This document shows positions 1-9,315 of a DNA stretch of 64,000 bases, piece after piece. The notes beneath the pieces were generated by a model. It made no database searches, had not been told where the DNA came from, and saw nothing but the letters and a program-made list of their open reading frames with translations. The stretch is from NCBI GenBank assembly GCA_964430565.1, contig CAYSFD010000016.1, forward strand, positions 14,902-78,901. Direction: 5' to 3'. Position 1 is the first letter of the stretch. Each line of letters starts with the position of its first letter. The position numbers and the translations under genes are program-made. This stretch comes from an uncultured Enterobacteriaceae bacterium. GTDB taxonomy: Bacteria > Pseudomonadota > Gammaproteobacteria > Burkholderiales > SG8-39.

Positions 1-118
1 TGCGCAAACCTTCCGCCGGATCCTTCGCGATCTGCACCGCGTGCCCGGCCTGGCGCAAATGCAAGCGCAGCAGATCGCGAAAAACCAGGTCATCCTCGAT
101 CACGAGTATCGTCGCCAC
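1..118 (-). CDS. response regulator receiver domain protein (5' part only; gene continues past window start)
   Basis: Own reverse-strand translation from GTG at 116-118: (M)ATILVIEDDLVFRDLLRLHLRQAGHAVQIAKDPAEGLR. This is a typical CheY-like receiver N-terminus with the DD acidic pair. Too short to appear in the ORF track. Confidence 0.6.
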   Translation of the reverse strand, partial: MATILVIEDDLVFRDLLRLHLRQAGHAVQIAKDPAEGLR

Positions 119-226
119 TCGAGTGCCCCCTAGAGTCGGTTACAAAATGAGAGGACATGCCCCTCATGGTGTTATGACAAATCATTATCCCATGTCGCTC
201 CGCCTTAGGGACGGACCGTTGGATGG

Positions 227-1213
227 TCAATCGGCCTCGTCCGGGGCGCCGCCAACGTTGGTAAGGTCCGCTTGCTTGATTCTGTCCACGTTGAACTTCG
301 CAGCGCGCTCGCGCATGGTTTTGAGGACCTCATCGAGCGGCGGCGGCTCGCCCTGGATCCAGCGCAAAGGGTTCACGCGCGCGACGACGAAGGCGCGCAG
401 GTAAGGACTGACGAAGCCGCGCTCCTTCAGTTTCGCGATGACCTCGGCGACCCGCGCGTCGAGGTCGATCAGCATGCCGGCGTGCTTTTCGTGCTCGCGA
501 ACAGCCTTTGACAGCGGCTCGTCCGAAAAGTTTTCCAGCCTTCGCACGATCGGGTTGTAGGCGCCGCCTGCAAACTTGCCGTTCTTCTCGTAGCACACGC
601 CGAGCGTCACCAACGACGCTTCCTCCAGGTAGAAAGCGAACTGGTTTTCCGGGCGCTTGGCGTCCTCATCGATCAAGCCGTGATAGATCCGGATCACCTC
701 GAGCGATTTCTCGCGCAGGTTGTGCGCTTTTTCCGTGTTGAGCGCGAGGATCTGCCATGCGATCTCTCGTTTCGGAACGATGAGCGCCGTGATCGAACGC
801 GCGCCGAGCCGACGCATCGCCTCGAGTCGATGCCTTCCATTCGGCGTCCAGAAACCTTCCTTAGGCGCGGTGACCGCGATCACCGGATCGAGAAAGATGC
901 CGGTGCGGTGCAGCACGTCGGCGAGCTTTCTGTGATGAGTTTGCGAAAGGTCGCGCTGAAAGGGAGTCGGCTCGATGCGGTCTATGGGCAGAATCGCAAG
1001 GAGCAGCGGCTGCTTGCCGAGCGGATCGCTGTAAGCGCCGAGGACGAGGCCGCCTTCCTTTTCGATTCTGCCGCGCACTTCCTCGGCGTCGCCCGAAAGC
1101 GATTCGAGCCGGCACTCGGCGGGCAAAAGGCCGCGCGTGCCGGGTTTTGCTTTTCTCGGTGTGCGCTTCGCGGGCGCGCGCTTGATGCCGGATTTGCGTT
1201 TCGGTTTGGCCAT
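227..1213 (-). CDS. ParB/sulfiredoxin-like nuclease-domain protein
   Basis: Last 328 aa of ORF 227..2152, starting MAKPKRKSG (alternative Met at 1234). Carries ParB-N-like motifs ILPIDRIEPTPFQRDL and NGRHRLEAMRRLG. The upstream part of the ORF is an Arg/Gly-rich antisense shadow of the Bug gene and is discarded. Confidence 0.7.
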   Translation of the reverse strand: MAKPKRKSGIKRAPAKRTPRKAKPGTRGLLPAECRLESLSGDAEEVRGRIEKEGGLVLGAYSDPLGKQPLLLAILPIDRIEPTPFQRDLSQTHHRKLADVLHRTGIFLDPVIAVTAPKEGFWTPNGRHRLEAMRRLGARSITALIVPKREIAWQILALNTEKAHNLREKSLEVIRIYHGLIDEDAKRPENQFAFYLEEASLVTLGVCYEKNGKFAGGAYNPIVRRLENFSDEPLSKAVREHEKHAGMLIDLDARVAEVIAKLKERGFVSPYLRAFVVARVNPLRWIQGEPPPLDEVLKTMRERAAKFNVDRIKQADLTNVGGAPDEAD

Positions 1214-1318
1214 ATGAACACTATGATCGCCCATCCGCACCGTACCCGCAAAGAAACCCTTGAGGCTCAACGTCGGGTTCCAAGGGTAAAATCCTGCATC
1301 CACCCTCGCGAGGAGGAA

Positions 1319-2293
1319 ATGATGCCCGGAGCACGCTTCATCTTGTGGCTTATTGCTCTCTCCGTTGCTGCAGCAAGCACATCGGCGCAAGCCCAAGCCT
1401 ACCCGACGAAGCCAGTAAGGCTCCTCGTCGGTTTCACCCCCGGCGGGGGCGTCGACATCAACGCGCGGCTGCTCGCCTCCAAGCTGAGCGAGCTTTTCAG
1501 CCAGCAGGTCATCGTCGAGAACCGCCCGGGGGCCGGCACCAATATCGCGAACGAATACGTCGCCAAGTCGACGCCCGACGGCTACACGCTGCTCTTCAAC
1601 AGCCCGGCGGTGGTCATCAACATGACCCTGTACCGGAACCCGCCTTACGACGCGCTGCGCGATTTCACCAGCGTGTCGATATTCTCGGAGAGCACCAACC
1701 TGCTGGTCGTTCCGGCATCGCTTCCCGCGAAATCGGTCAAAGAGCTGGTTGCGCTCGCGCGCGAGCGGCCCGGAGCGCTCAACTATTCCTCGGCCGGCTC
1801 CGGATCGACGCAGCATCTCGCGGGGGAACTCTTCAAGCTGCGCACCGGAACAAGCATCGTGCACGTTCCCTACAAGGGCAGCGCACCCTCGATCGCCGCG
1901 CTGCTCGCCGCGGAAGTACAGCTGAGTTTCATCAACCCCGTCGCGATCGGCGCACACGTGAAGACGGGGCGCCTGCGGGCGCTCGCCGTGACCAGCGCCA
2001 GGCGCACGGAGCTGATGCCCGAGATACCGACGATGAAGGAAGCGGGAGTCGAGGGCGTCGAGTTGCCGCTGTGGTTTGGGCTGCTCGCGCCGGCCGCAAC
2101 CCCGCGCGAGACCGTGCGCACGCTCGCCGCCGGCGTGGCCAAGGCGGCACATTCACCCGACATCCGCAAACGGCTCCTCGAGCAGGGCGCCGAGCCGGTC
2201 GGCAACACGCCCGAGGAGTTCGACCTGCTGCTGCGCGGTGACGTGGCGCGCTGGGGCGAGGTGGTGCGGATCTCAGGCGCGCGCGCCGACTGA
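1319..2293 (+). CDS. Bug-family (TctC-like) periplasmic substrate-binding protein
   Basis: In-frame ATG at 1319 preceded by AGGAGG. Signal peptide MMPGARFILWLIALSVAAASTSAQA. Family motifs YPTKPVRLLVGF, ENRPGAG, VPYKG, and a C-terminal WGEVVR. Confidence 0.9.
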   Translation: MMPGARFILWLIALSVAAASTSAQAQAYPTKPVRLLVGFTPGGGVDINARLLASKLSELFSQQVIVENRPGAGTNIANEYVAKSTPDGYTLLFNSPAVVINMTLYRNPPYDALRDFTSVSIFSESTNLLVVPASLPAKSVKELVALARERPGALNYSSAGSGSTQHLAGELFKLRTGTSIVHVPYKGSAPSIAALLAAEVQLSFINPVAIGAHVKTGRLRALAVTSARRTELMPEIPTMKEAGVEGVELPLWFGLLAPAATPRETVRTLAAGVAKAAHSPDIRKRLLEQGAEPVGNTPEEFDLLLRGDVARWGEVVRISGARAD

Positions 2294-2377
2294 ACGCTTC
2301 GGGCGTGCGCGCGGCGCACGCTACGACTGCGGCTTTCCGGACTTGCGTAGCGTGCGCCATGCGCACGATATCGCGGT

Positions 2378-3532
2378 TCAATCCTTCGCCGGTCGTTGCG
2401 AAAAGCTTCTTTCGAAAATGCCCTCCGCGATCCGGTTCTTGAGGATCTCGATCGAACCGCCGGCGATCATCCAGCCGCGGCAGCGGCGCAGGCAGTACTC
2501 GACCAGTTCCTCCTGCGTGTAGCCGAGGCCGCCCATCACCTGCAACGCCTCGTTCGCCACGTCGAACCCCGCCTGGTTGCAGAACGCCTTGGCGATCGCG
2601 GTTTCCTCCGCCGACGGGAAGCCGCGGTCGGCGTTGACCGCGGCGCGATAGAGCAGGAGCTGCCCGGCGTCGAGCTTCATTTTCATCTCGGCGAATTTCC
2701 ACTGCAGGCCCTGGAACTCGCACAAGAGGCGCCCGAACTGCTTGCGTTGCATCGCCCAGCGGCGCGCCGCCTCGTAGGCGTAGCGCCCGAGCGCGAGCGA
2801 GCGCGACGCGTTGCCGATGCGCTCGACGTTGAATCCGGCGATCTGCTTCTTGAATCCGCCTTCCTTGAGCACCACCATGTCGGCGGGAACGAAGACGTTC
2901 TCGAAGTAGCTCTGCACCCATTCCTCCTGCGACATGAACTTCGAGGGCTTGCCAAAGCGCACCCCCGCCGCCTTTGTGTCGATCAGCACCGAGCCGATGC
3001 CGCCCACGCCCGGACCGAAGCGCACGTAGGCGAGCATCACCTCGGCGTGCGTGGAGTGCGTGGTGAAGATCTTGGAGCCGTTGATGCGGTAGCCTGCGCC
3101 GTCCGGGGTCGCCGCGGTCTTGAGGTCGGTCACGGCCGAACCGGCGTCGGGCTCGGTCATGCCGACGCTGATGATCGATTCGCCGGCGAGCAGGCGCCCG
3201 AGGTAGCGCTGCTTCTGCGCGGGCGATCCGTACTCGGCGAGGACGCGGATCGGACCGAAATTGCCCACCTGCACTACATCACCGCTCCTCGGGCACACCG
3301 AGGCGATGGTCTCGATCGCGATCACCGCGTCGATGAGCGTGCCGCCCTGGCCGCCGTCGGCTTCCGCGATGGTGATGCCGAGCAGGCCCTGCGAGGCCAT
3401 GAGCTTGGCGACGTCCCAGGGATAGTCCGGCGAATGCGCGCGCTCCCGCGCGCCTTTTGCGAGATGCTTCTCGGCGAAGCGCCGCACCGACTCGCGGAAC
3501 TGCTCTTGTTCGGGCGTGAAGTGAAAGTCCAT
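2378..3532 (-). CDS. acyl-CoA dehydrogenase family protein
   Basis: Starts MDFHFTPEQEQFRESVRRF (Met 41 of ORF 2378..3652). Motifs GMTEPDAGS, NGSKIFTT, and QVMGGLGYTQE with a downstream IAGGSIEI. The first 40 codons of the ORF are REP-element sequence. Confidence 0.9.
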   Translation of the reverse strand: MDFHFTPEQEQFRESVRRFAEKHLAKGARERAHSPDYPWDVAKLMASQGLLGITIAEADGGQGGTLIDAVIAIETIASVCPRSGDVVQVGNFGPIRVLAEYGSPAQKQRYLGRLLAGESIISVGMTEPDAGSAVTDLKTAATPDGAGYRINGSKIFTTHSTHAEVMLAYVRFGPGVGGIGSVLIDTKAAGVRFGKPSKFMSQEEWVQSYFENVFVPADMVVLKEGGFKKQIAGFNVERIGNASRSLALGRYAYEAARRWAMQRKQFGRLLCEFQGLQWKFAEMKMKLDAGQLLLYRAAVNADRGFPSAEETAIAKAFCNQAGFDVANEALQVMGGLGYTQEELVEYCLRRCRGWMIAGGSIEILKNRIAEGIFERSFSQRPAKD

Positions 3533-3551
3533 GTCGTCCCCCGTTGTTATA

Positions 3552-3667
3552 TCCCCTCCTTGGACAAGGAGGGGTGTCGCGCGTAGCGCGACGGGGTGGT
3601 TTGATATGCTGCGGCCCACCACCCCGCCGCCTTCGGCGGCACCCCTCCTCACAGAGGAGGGGAAAAA
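3552..3667. repeat. composite multi-hairpin REP-like element, copy 1 (second copy at 61698..61810)
   Basis: Series of short palindromes: cccctcc/ggagggg, tcgcgcg/cgcgcga, ggggtggt/accacccc, gccgcc/ggcggc, cccctcctc/gaggagggg. Alignable by eye along its whole length with 61698..61810. Confidence 0.75.
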
Positions 3668-5730
3668 TTCTGCTCCTTCAGTGCGACCAGCCCATCGACC
3701 GCGATCACGCCCTCGCGCTTCACGATCAGCGGATTGATCTCGGCTTCGGCGACAGGTTGACCCGTCACGAGAGCAAGTCGCGAAACGGCAGCCACGGCCT
3801 TCGCGAGAGCGCCGAGGTCGCCGCGCGGCAATCCGCGGTAGCCGCGCAGCATCGCGAACCCTTTCACTTCCTCTATCATCGTCGCCGCCTCCTTTTCGCT
3901 CACCGGAGCGAGCCGAAGCGCGTAGTCCTTGTAGATCTCGGCGAGCGCCCCTCCCGCGCCGAGGAGCACGAGCGGGCCAACCAGCGCATCGTGGCGGTAG
4001 CCGACAATGGCTTCGGCGAGACCGAACTCCATGCGCTGCACCGTGATTCCCTCGATGCGCGCCTCGGGTCGCGCGGCAGCAACCGAAGCGAGCAAGCCGC
4101 GCACTTTCACATCGTACTCGTTGGAGTTCACGATCCCGAGTGCGACGCCGCCTGCCTCGGTTTTGTGAGCGATCTCGGGCGATAGAATTTTCGCCGCCAC
4201 CGGATAGGCAAGGGCGTGCTCATAGCGCGGCGGCCTGGCAATCGCCGATTCGACCACCGGCACACCGAGTTCCGAGAAGAGCACGAGCGCCTGCGCCTCA
4301 TTGAATTTTCCCCGGCGCGGGAGTCTCGATGGCCACTCGAATTGCGGCGAAGCATCGCGCGCGCGCGGCGAGCGCCAGGCGAAAAAAGCGGCGAGCGCGT
4401 CGGCGCAGGACTCCGGAGTGCGGAACGCGGCGATGCCACTCTCGGCGAGCAGCGCGAGAGAGCGCTCAGCGTGCGGCGTGAAGAAGGCCGCCAGGGGCTT
4501 CGCGCTCGCCTTCGCCCGCAGGATCGGCTCGACCGCGAACTGCGGATGAAACTGCGCCGACGAACCGACGACCGCGACCACCGCGTCGCAGGCGGACGAG
4601 TCGAGCAGAGCTTCGAGCACGGCCGCGTACTGCTTGTCGGTCGCGGCCATAGTGAGGTCGATGATCGGCGAGTCGAGACTGCGCGCGCCGAGGGCCGCCA
4701 GGCGGGTGCGCAACGAGTCGTCCGGCGCCATCGTTTCGAGCCCCAGCGTGCCCATCCGGTCGACCACGCTCGCCGCCCCGCCGCCGGTGGTCGTCACCAC
4801 GGCGATGCGTGGAGCGTGAGACAACCCGGACGGTGCGCGGCCGGCGAGGAGCGGCGCGATCTCCAACAGCGTCTCGAGTAGATCCACCCTCACGATTCCG
4901 CAATCGCGAAAATAGGCATCGAGCGCGGCGTCTTCGCCCGCGAGCGCTCCGGTGTGCGAACGCGCCATCGCCTCGCCGAGACGCGAGCGGCCGAGCTTGT
5001 ACGCCACTACCGGCTTCCCGGCGGCGTGCGCCTTGCGCGCAGCAGCGGAAAGACGCGCCGCGTTGCGCACGGTCTCGAGAAACAGGAGGATTACCCGCGT
5101 GGCCGAATCCTCGGCGAGCAGCTCCACCAGCTCCGCGACGCCAAGGTCGGCCTCGTTGCCCACCGATACCAGCTTGGCGAAGCCCAGGCCGCGCGCCGCG
5201 CCGCGCGAGAGCACCGTGCCGATCATCGTCCCGCTCTGCGACACGAAGCTTGTTGTCCCCGCGGGCAGCGCATCCATCTCGAGTACCGCGTTCGCGCTGA
5301 GCGCGACGCGGCCGGGAATGTCGACGAGCCCCATGCTGTTGGGTCCGAGCAGCCGCACGCCGAGCGCGCGGGCGCGCGCCGCGAGCCGCTCCTGCCGCGC
5401 CGCGCCTTCGGGCCCGGCGTCGGCAAAGCCGTCGCTCAACACCGTGACGACCTTGATACCCCGCGCTCCGCAGTCCTCGAGCGCGCGCTCGACCGATTCA
5501 CTCGGCGTGAGGATGAAGGCGTGGTCGATTCCGTCCGGCGCCTCGGCGAGGCTGCGCCAGGCGCGCTCGCCGAGCACTTCGCTGCGCGACGCGTTGATGG
5601 GCACGATGCGCCCCGGGTAACCGTGCTTGCGGAGAAAACGCATCGGGCGCGCGGTGTTCTTCGCCGCATCGCCCGAGGCGCCGACGAGCGCGACGGCGCG
5701 GGGAGAAAAAAGCGCTTGCGCTAGATCCAC
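3649..5730 (-). CDS. ADP-forming acyl-CoA synthetase (CoA-binding + succinyl-CoA-synthetase-like flavodoxin + ATP-grasp domains)
   Basis: ORF 3649..5769. AVALVGASGD...PGRIVPIN is a CoA-binding fold, and the C-terminal half (KILSPEIAHKTEAGGV) is ATP-grasp-like. I prefer the GTG at 5730, which overlaps the upstream stop by 10 nt; the ATG at 5769 is the alternative. Confidence 0.8.
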   Translation of the reverse strand: MDLAQALFSPRAVALVGASGDAAKNTARPMRFLRKHGYPGRIVPINASRSEVLGERAWRSLAEAPDGIDHAFILTPSESVERALEDCGARGIKVVTVLSDGFADAGPEGAARQERLAARARALGVRLLGPNSMGLVDIPGRVALSANAVLEMDALPAGTTSFVSQSGTMIGTVLSRGAARGLGFAKLVSVGNEADLGVAELVELLAEDSATRVILLFLETVRNAARLSAAARKAHAAGKPVVAYKLGRSRLGEAMARSHTGALAGEDAALDAYFRDCGIVRVDLLETLLEIAPLLAGRAPSGLSHAPRIAVVTTTGGGAASVVDRMGTLGLETMAPDDSLRTRLAALGARSLDSPIIDLTMAATDKQYAAVLEALLDSSACDAVVAVVGSSAQFHPQFAVEPILRAKASAKPLAAFFTPHAERSLALLAESGIAAFRTPESCADALAAFFAWRSPRARDASPQFEWPSRLPRRGKFNEAQALVLFSELGVPVVESAIARPPRYEHALAYPVAAKILSPEIAHKTEAGGVALGIVNSNEYDVKVRGLLASVAAARPEARIEGITVQRMEFGLAEAIVGYRHDALVGPLVLLGAGGALAEIYKDYALRLAPVSEKEAATMIEEVKGFAMLRGYRGLPRGDLGALAKAVAAVSRLALVTGQPVAEAEINPLIVKREGVIAVDGLVALKEQNFSPPL

Positions 5731-7124
5731 GCAGCGCCGTCGAGCGTCGCTTCGCTTTCCAGGCGCCACAGCCGCGCGAGCAGCTTGAGCGCGCGCTCCT
5801 CGCCGAGCACTGGAGAAGCAAGCTCCAGGTATTTGTGCTCGAGCTCGGCGTCGGTAAGCGGGGCGTCCGGGTCGCCCTTTCGCGTGGGCTGAAAATGCTC
5901 GCCGCGCCGACCGTCGCGCGACTCGATTGCGACGCGAGCCGAACGCTGCGCCGGGAATGCGGCATCAATTCCTGGGTCGAGCGTCAGTTCGACGCACCGC
6001 ATGAGCTCGCGCGTGGCAGCGTCCTTAAGCCGTGCCGGCCCGAACGCGTCAAGCCGCACGCTGCCGTGCGTGAGCGCAGTGGCCACCAGATAGGGCGTGC
6101 TGAAGCGGGCCTCCGCCGGGGTCGTGGGGTCCGCGATCCCCGCGACCTCCAGCGTCGCCCGGTAGCCCCCGACGCGCACGCGCGCGATCTCTCCGGCTGC
6201 TACGCCCATCTGTGCTTTGAGCGCGAGCGCGCCGTCGATGGCTGCGAAAGCATGACCGCAGCAGGCGTGGTTCTTGATTGTCATACGGCCGATATGAAAA
6301 TCCTCGCCAAGTGTCGCGAGCCCTCGCTCCCAGTCCGGGCCGTCGCCGCCTGAACCATAGCCCATGGCGCGGGCGAAACCGGCATCGCCTTCGAGCACGT
6401 CGAGCGACCCGGTGACGCCTTCGCTCGCAGCGAGCGCCGCGGTGACCCCCGCTTCTGCGGCGCGGCCCGCATGCATAGGTTTCGACATCGAGTCCTTGCG
6501 GAAGGCCTGCTGCAGTCCGGCGGAAAAGGTCGCGGCCGTGGCGAGCGCGTGCGCAAAGCGCTTCACGTCCAGGCCGAGCAGCTCGGCCGCCGCGCTGCAA
6601 GCCCCAAAGCAGCCGATCGTGCCGGTGTTGTGAAAGTACTTGTAGTGCGCGCGGCCCATCGCCGCGGCGATGCGCGTCGAGATCTCGTAGCCGACGATCA
6701 CCGCGCGCAGGAACGCCTCGCCCGTCGAGCGCCGCGCCTGAGCCAGAGAGAGCGCAGCGGCGATGGTGGGCGCCCCGGGATGGTAGATGCCGTCGCGGAA
6801 GATGTCGTCCACTTCGACCGTATGAGCGGCCGCACCGTTGATGAGCGCCGCTGCGCGTGCCGTGGCGCGCCTGCCCAGCGCGAGACGCGATTCGCCATGG
6901 TCGAGTTCGTCTGCGAGCGCGCGCTCAAGCAACACCGCCGGCGCCGCCACGGCGCCCGGAAAAAGCGCCGCGTACCAGTCGATCACCGCGCGCTTTGCAT
7001 GGTGCAGAAGCTGCGGCGCGAGCCGCCGCGCGCGAAAGCTCTCGGCAAACCCGGCGAAGCGATCCACCAGGTGAATTCCGCCGGCGCCGGATGCCGCGGC
7101 GAGTTCATTGACGGAGACACTCAT
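5721..7124 (-). CDS. MmgE/PrpD family protein (2-methylcitrate dehydratase-like)
   Basis: 467-aa ORF with family-typical AAHTVEVDDIFRDGIYHPGAPTIAAAL and HNTGTIGCFGA segments. Confidence 0.85.
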   Translation of the reverse strand: MSVSVNELAAASGAGGIHLVDRFAGFAESFRARRLAPQLLHHAKRAVIDWYAALFPGAVAAPAVLLERALADELDHGESRLALGRRATARAAALINGAAAHTVEVDDIFRDGIYHPGAPTIAAALSLAQARRSTGEAFLRAVIVGYEISTRIAAAMGRAHYKYFHNTGTIGCFGACSAAAELLGLDVKRFAHALATAATFSAGLQQAFRKDSMSKPMHAGRAAEAGVTAALAASEGVTGSLDVLEGDAGFARAMGYGSGGDGPDWERGLATLGEDFHIGRMTIKNHACCGHAFAAIDGALALKAQMGVAAGEIARVRVGGYRATLEVAGIADPTTPAEARFSTPYLVATALTHGSVRLDAFGPARLKDAATRELMRCVELTLDPGIDAAFPAQRSARVAIESRDGRRGEHFQPTRKGDPDAPLTDAELEHKYLELASPVLGEERALKLLARLWRLESEATLDGAAWI

Positions 7125-7368
7125 TCGTTTCTCCGATAAGTACGGGACCAGTTCATTCTACTGTCGTCGCCGATCCACGACACAGAAAGGCCAACCAGAT
7201 CAGTGTCCTAGTATCTTCGATCCAAACAGCTGTCGCTTCCCGGTGACACGGTCGTGGCTTCGCGTGAGCAAAATCACTCGCTAAGTATCTGAGTTATCTG
7301 GGATTCTATTTCCTGGCACAAGGGCTGCTTTACAATCACTTCCACTTCCGACTCCCGAGGAGGTCGTG

Positions 7369-7584
7369 ATGGACCGCAGGCTGAGCACAGAAGATATGGA
7401 TTGGCTATGCAAGATACGCATCGCCAAGTCCGCCCGGCAACCGCTGCGCGGTATTCCCGAAAGAGTCGCGCGCAGGCTGACGATGTTGCACTGCGCTGAG
7501 ATCAACGGCATAGGCGAATACTCGATCACCCTTCGAGGGTGCGACGAGATCGTCGACCGAGAACTGGAAAAAAAGATCAACTGA
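7369..7584 (+). CDS. hypothetical small protein (71 aa)
   Basis: ORF 7366..7584 in a visibly lower-G+C intergenic islet. GAGGAGG lies upstream of the GTG/ATG at 7366/7369, and a hairpin terminator follows. No recognisable family. Confidence 0.4.
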   Translation: MDRRLSTEDMDWLCKIRIAKSARQPLRGIPERVARRLTMLHCAEINGIGEYSITLRGCDEIVDRELEKKIN

Positions 7585-7609
7585 TTTTTCCGCAGCACGC
7601 GGTTTCACG

Positions 7610-7647
7610 ATCGGGGCGCTTGAGGCGCCCCGATGTGTTTGGTGTTT
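7610..7647 (+). terminator. putative intrinsic terminator between convergent genes
   Basis: 10-bp perfect stem atcggggcgc (7610-7619) / gcgccccgat (7625-7634), 5-nt loop, followed by gtgtttggtgttt. Confidence 0.55.
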
Positions 7648-7666
7648 CCCCGGGTTACTTGCCCGG

Positions 7667-9070
7667 TCAGCGTTTCGCGCCGGGTCGCTTCTTCGTATGC
7701 TTGTCTTCGTACATTCGGCGGTCGGCAAGCCGTATGAGGTCGCCGGCCGAGTCGGCATCGTCGGGCACAATGGCTGATCCGATCGAGGCGCCGACCTTCA
7801 GGGATTGCCCGGCGTAATCGAGCGGCGCTTCCACGGCCTGGCGCACCCGTTGGATCAGCTCGGGGATTTTCTGGCGGTCAGTGCTCTCCAGCACGACAAC
7901 CAACTCGTCGCCGCCCCAACGACCCACGCTGTCGATATTGCGCACCGCGCGCGACGCGCGCGACGCCACACCTTGCAGAACCGCGTCCCCGGCCCGGTGC
8001 CCATATAGGTCGTTGACCCGCTTGAATCCGTCGAGGTCGACAAAAAGAAGCACCGATACCGTCGCCGGGCTGCGGCGTTGGGCGGAGATCGCGCGGTTCA
8101 TCCTGTCTTCGATCAGGCTTCGGTTGGGCAATCCGGTCAGCGTATCGAACATTGCCAGGCGCGCGAGCCGCGCGCGCTGCGCGAGGAGCGAGTACGTGCC
8201 CCAGCCGATGAACGCGGCGAACACCCATACCAGAATACGCAAAGGCCAGACGCGCTCATCCAGGCCCGAAGATATTGCGTGCATCCCAAGGACCCATTTG
8301 CCGCCCGGCACATCGACCTCGACAAGCTCGACGCCGCTTCGCCCGAAAAGCTCCGGATCGCCCCAGAACACGCCGCCTCGCATGCCGCGCGCGTCCCTGC
8401 CGCGAACGGCGAGCTCGACATTCTCGGGGGCCGCGTCCCTGAACGCTTCGGCGATCAGCGAGTCGGCGTCGATAACGGTCGAAATCAGCCCCCAATATTG
8501 TCCGCGGTGCAGTACGGGAACGCGATAAATCAGGCCGCTCCCTCCCTGGACAAGCGGCATCGGGCCGAGGAGGACCGGCGTACCCCCGCCGATCGTGCGC
8601 CTGACACTCGGCCACTGGCCCGGCACGCTTCGATAGTCGAGGCCGACGATCTTTTCATTTCCCTTGACCGGGTACACGTACCTGACCTGGGAGCCGACGG
8701 CTATCGCGAGATTCCGGGTATGGCGCACGCTTCCATGGAGCCTCTCGAGGATGGCCTCGACCTCGCGCCGGTTCAGGGTTCCGCCGCGCACTACGAGGTA
8801 GCTGTTCAACCCGACGATGGGGGATAGCACGCCGCCCAGCTCGCGAATCAGCCGCATTTGCAGCAACGATCCCAAGGAGATCAGGTCGGATTTCCTCTGT
8901 GCTTCAATGCGGCTCATCTCCACGTTGAGGCCGGAGCTGCCCGCGAGCACCACCGCGAGGAAGACCACGCCCCCGACGAGCGGCAGACCCCAGCGAATCC
9001 AGACGGTCTTGAGTCCCCCGTTCACTCGGGACAGCAGCGAGGCGACCGAATCTTTTGTAAACATCAACAA
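7667..9070 (-). CDS. CHASE-domain diguanylate cyclase (GGDEF family)
   Basis: N-terminal TM. The periplasmic segment (YVYPVKGNEKIVGLDY...LLGPMPLVQGGSGLIYRVPV) is CHASE-like. A second TM follows, then GGDEF domain motifs DTLTGLPNR, FVDLDGFKRVND and RWGGDELVVV. Confidence 0.85.
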   Translation of the reverse strand: MLMFTKDSVASLLSRVNGGLKTVWIRWGLPLVGGVVFLAVVLAGSSGLNVEMSRIEAQRKSDLISLGSLLQMRLIRELGGVLSPIVGLNSYLVVRGGTLNRREVEAILERLHGSVRHTRNLAIAVGSQVRYVYPVKGNEKIVGLDYRSVPGQWPSVRRTIGGGTPVLLGPMPLVQGGSGLIYRVPVLHRGQYWGLISTVIDADSLIAEAFRDAAPENVELAVRGRDARGMRGGVFWGDPELFGRSGVELVEVDVPGGKWVLGMHAISSGLDERVWPLRILVWVFAAFIGWGTYSLLAQRARLARLAMFDTLTGLPNRSLIEDRMNRAISAQRRSPATVSVLLFVDLDGFKRVNDLYGHRAGDAVLQGVASRASRAVRNIDSVGRWGGDELVVVLESTDRQKIPELIQRVRQAVEAPLDYAGQSLKVGASIGSAIVPDDADSAGDLIRLADRRMYEDKHTKKRPGAKR

Positions 9071-9315
9071 GGATCACCCTCCCGGGGGCAGGCGTGCCGG
9101 GCGACGGTTCGCCCTGGACTTTTCCTCATTATGCCCCCGGACCGACCCTGCGCGCACTCGCGCGCCGGCGCTTCAAGTTTGCGGACTCCGCGCGGAGAAT
9201 TGCGCGTCGTCTTTCCGGACTCTATAGTACGCACGGCGGGCGCTCAGAAAGTGAAGCAAAGCGCGAGGCGCGCGCGGCTGCGGTTTTAGCGAGGCAGGGC
9301 ACCCTGGGAGGCACT

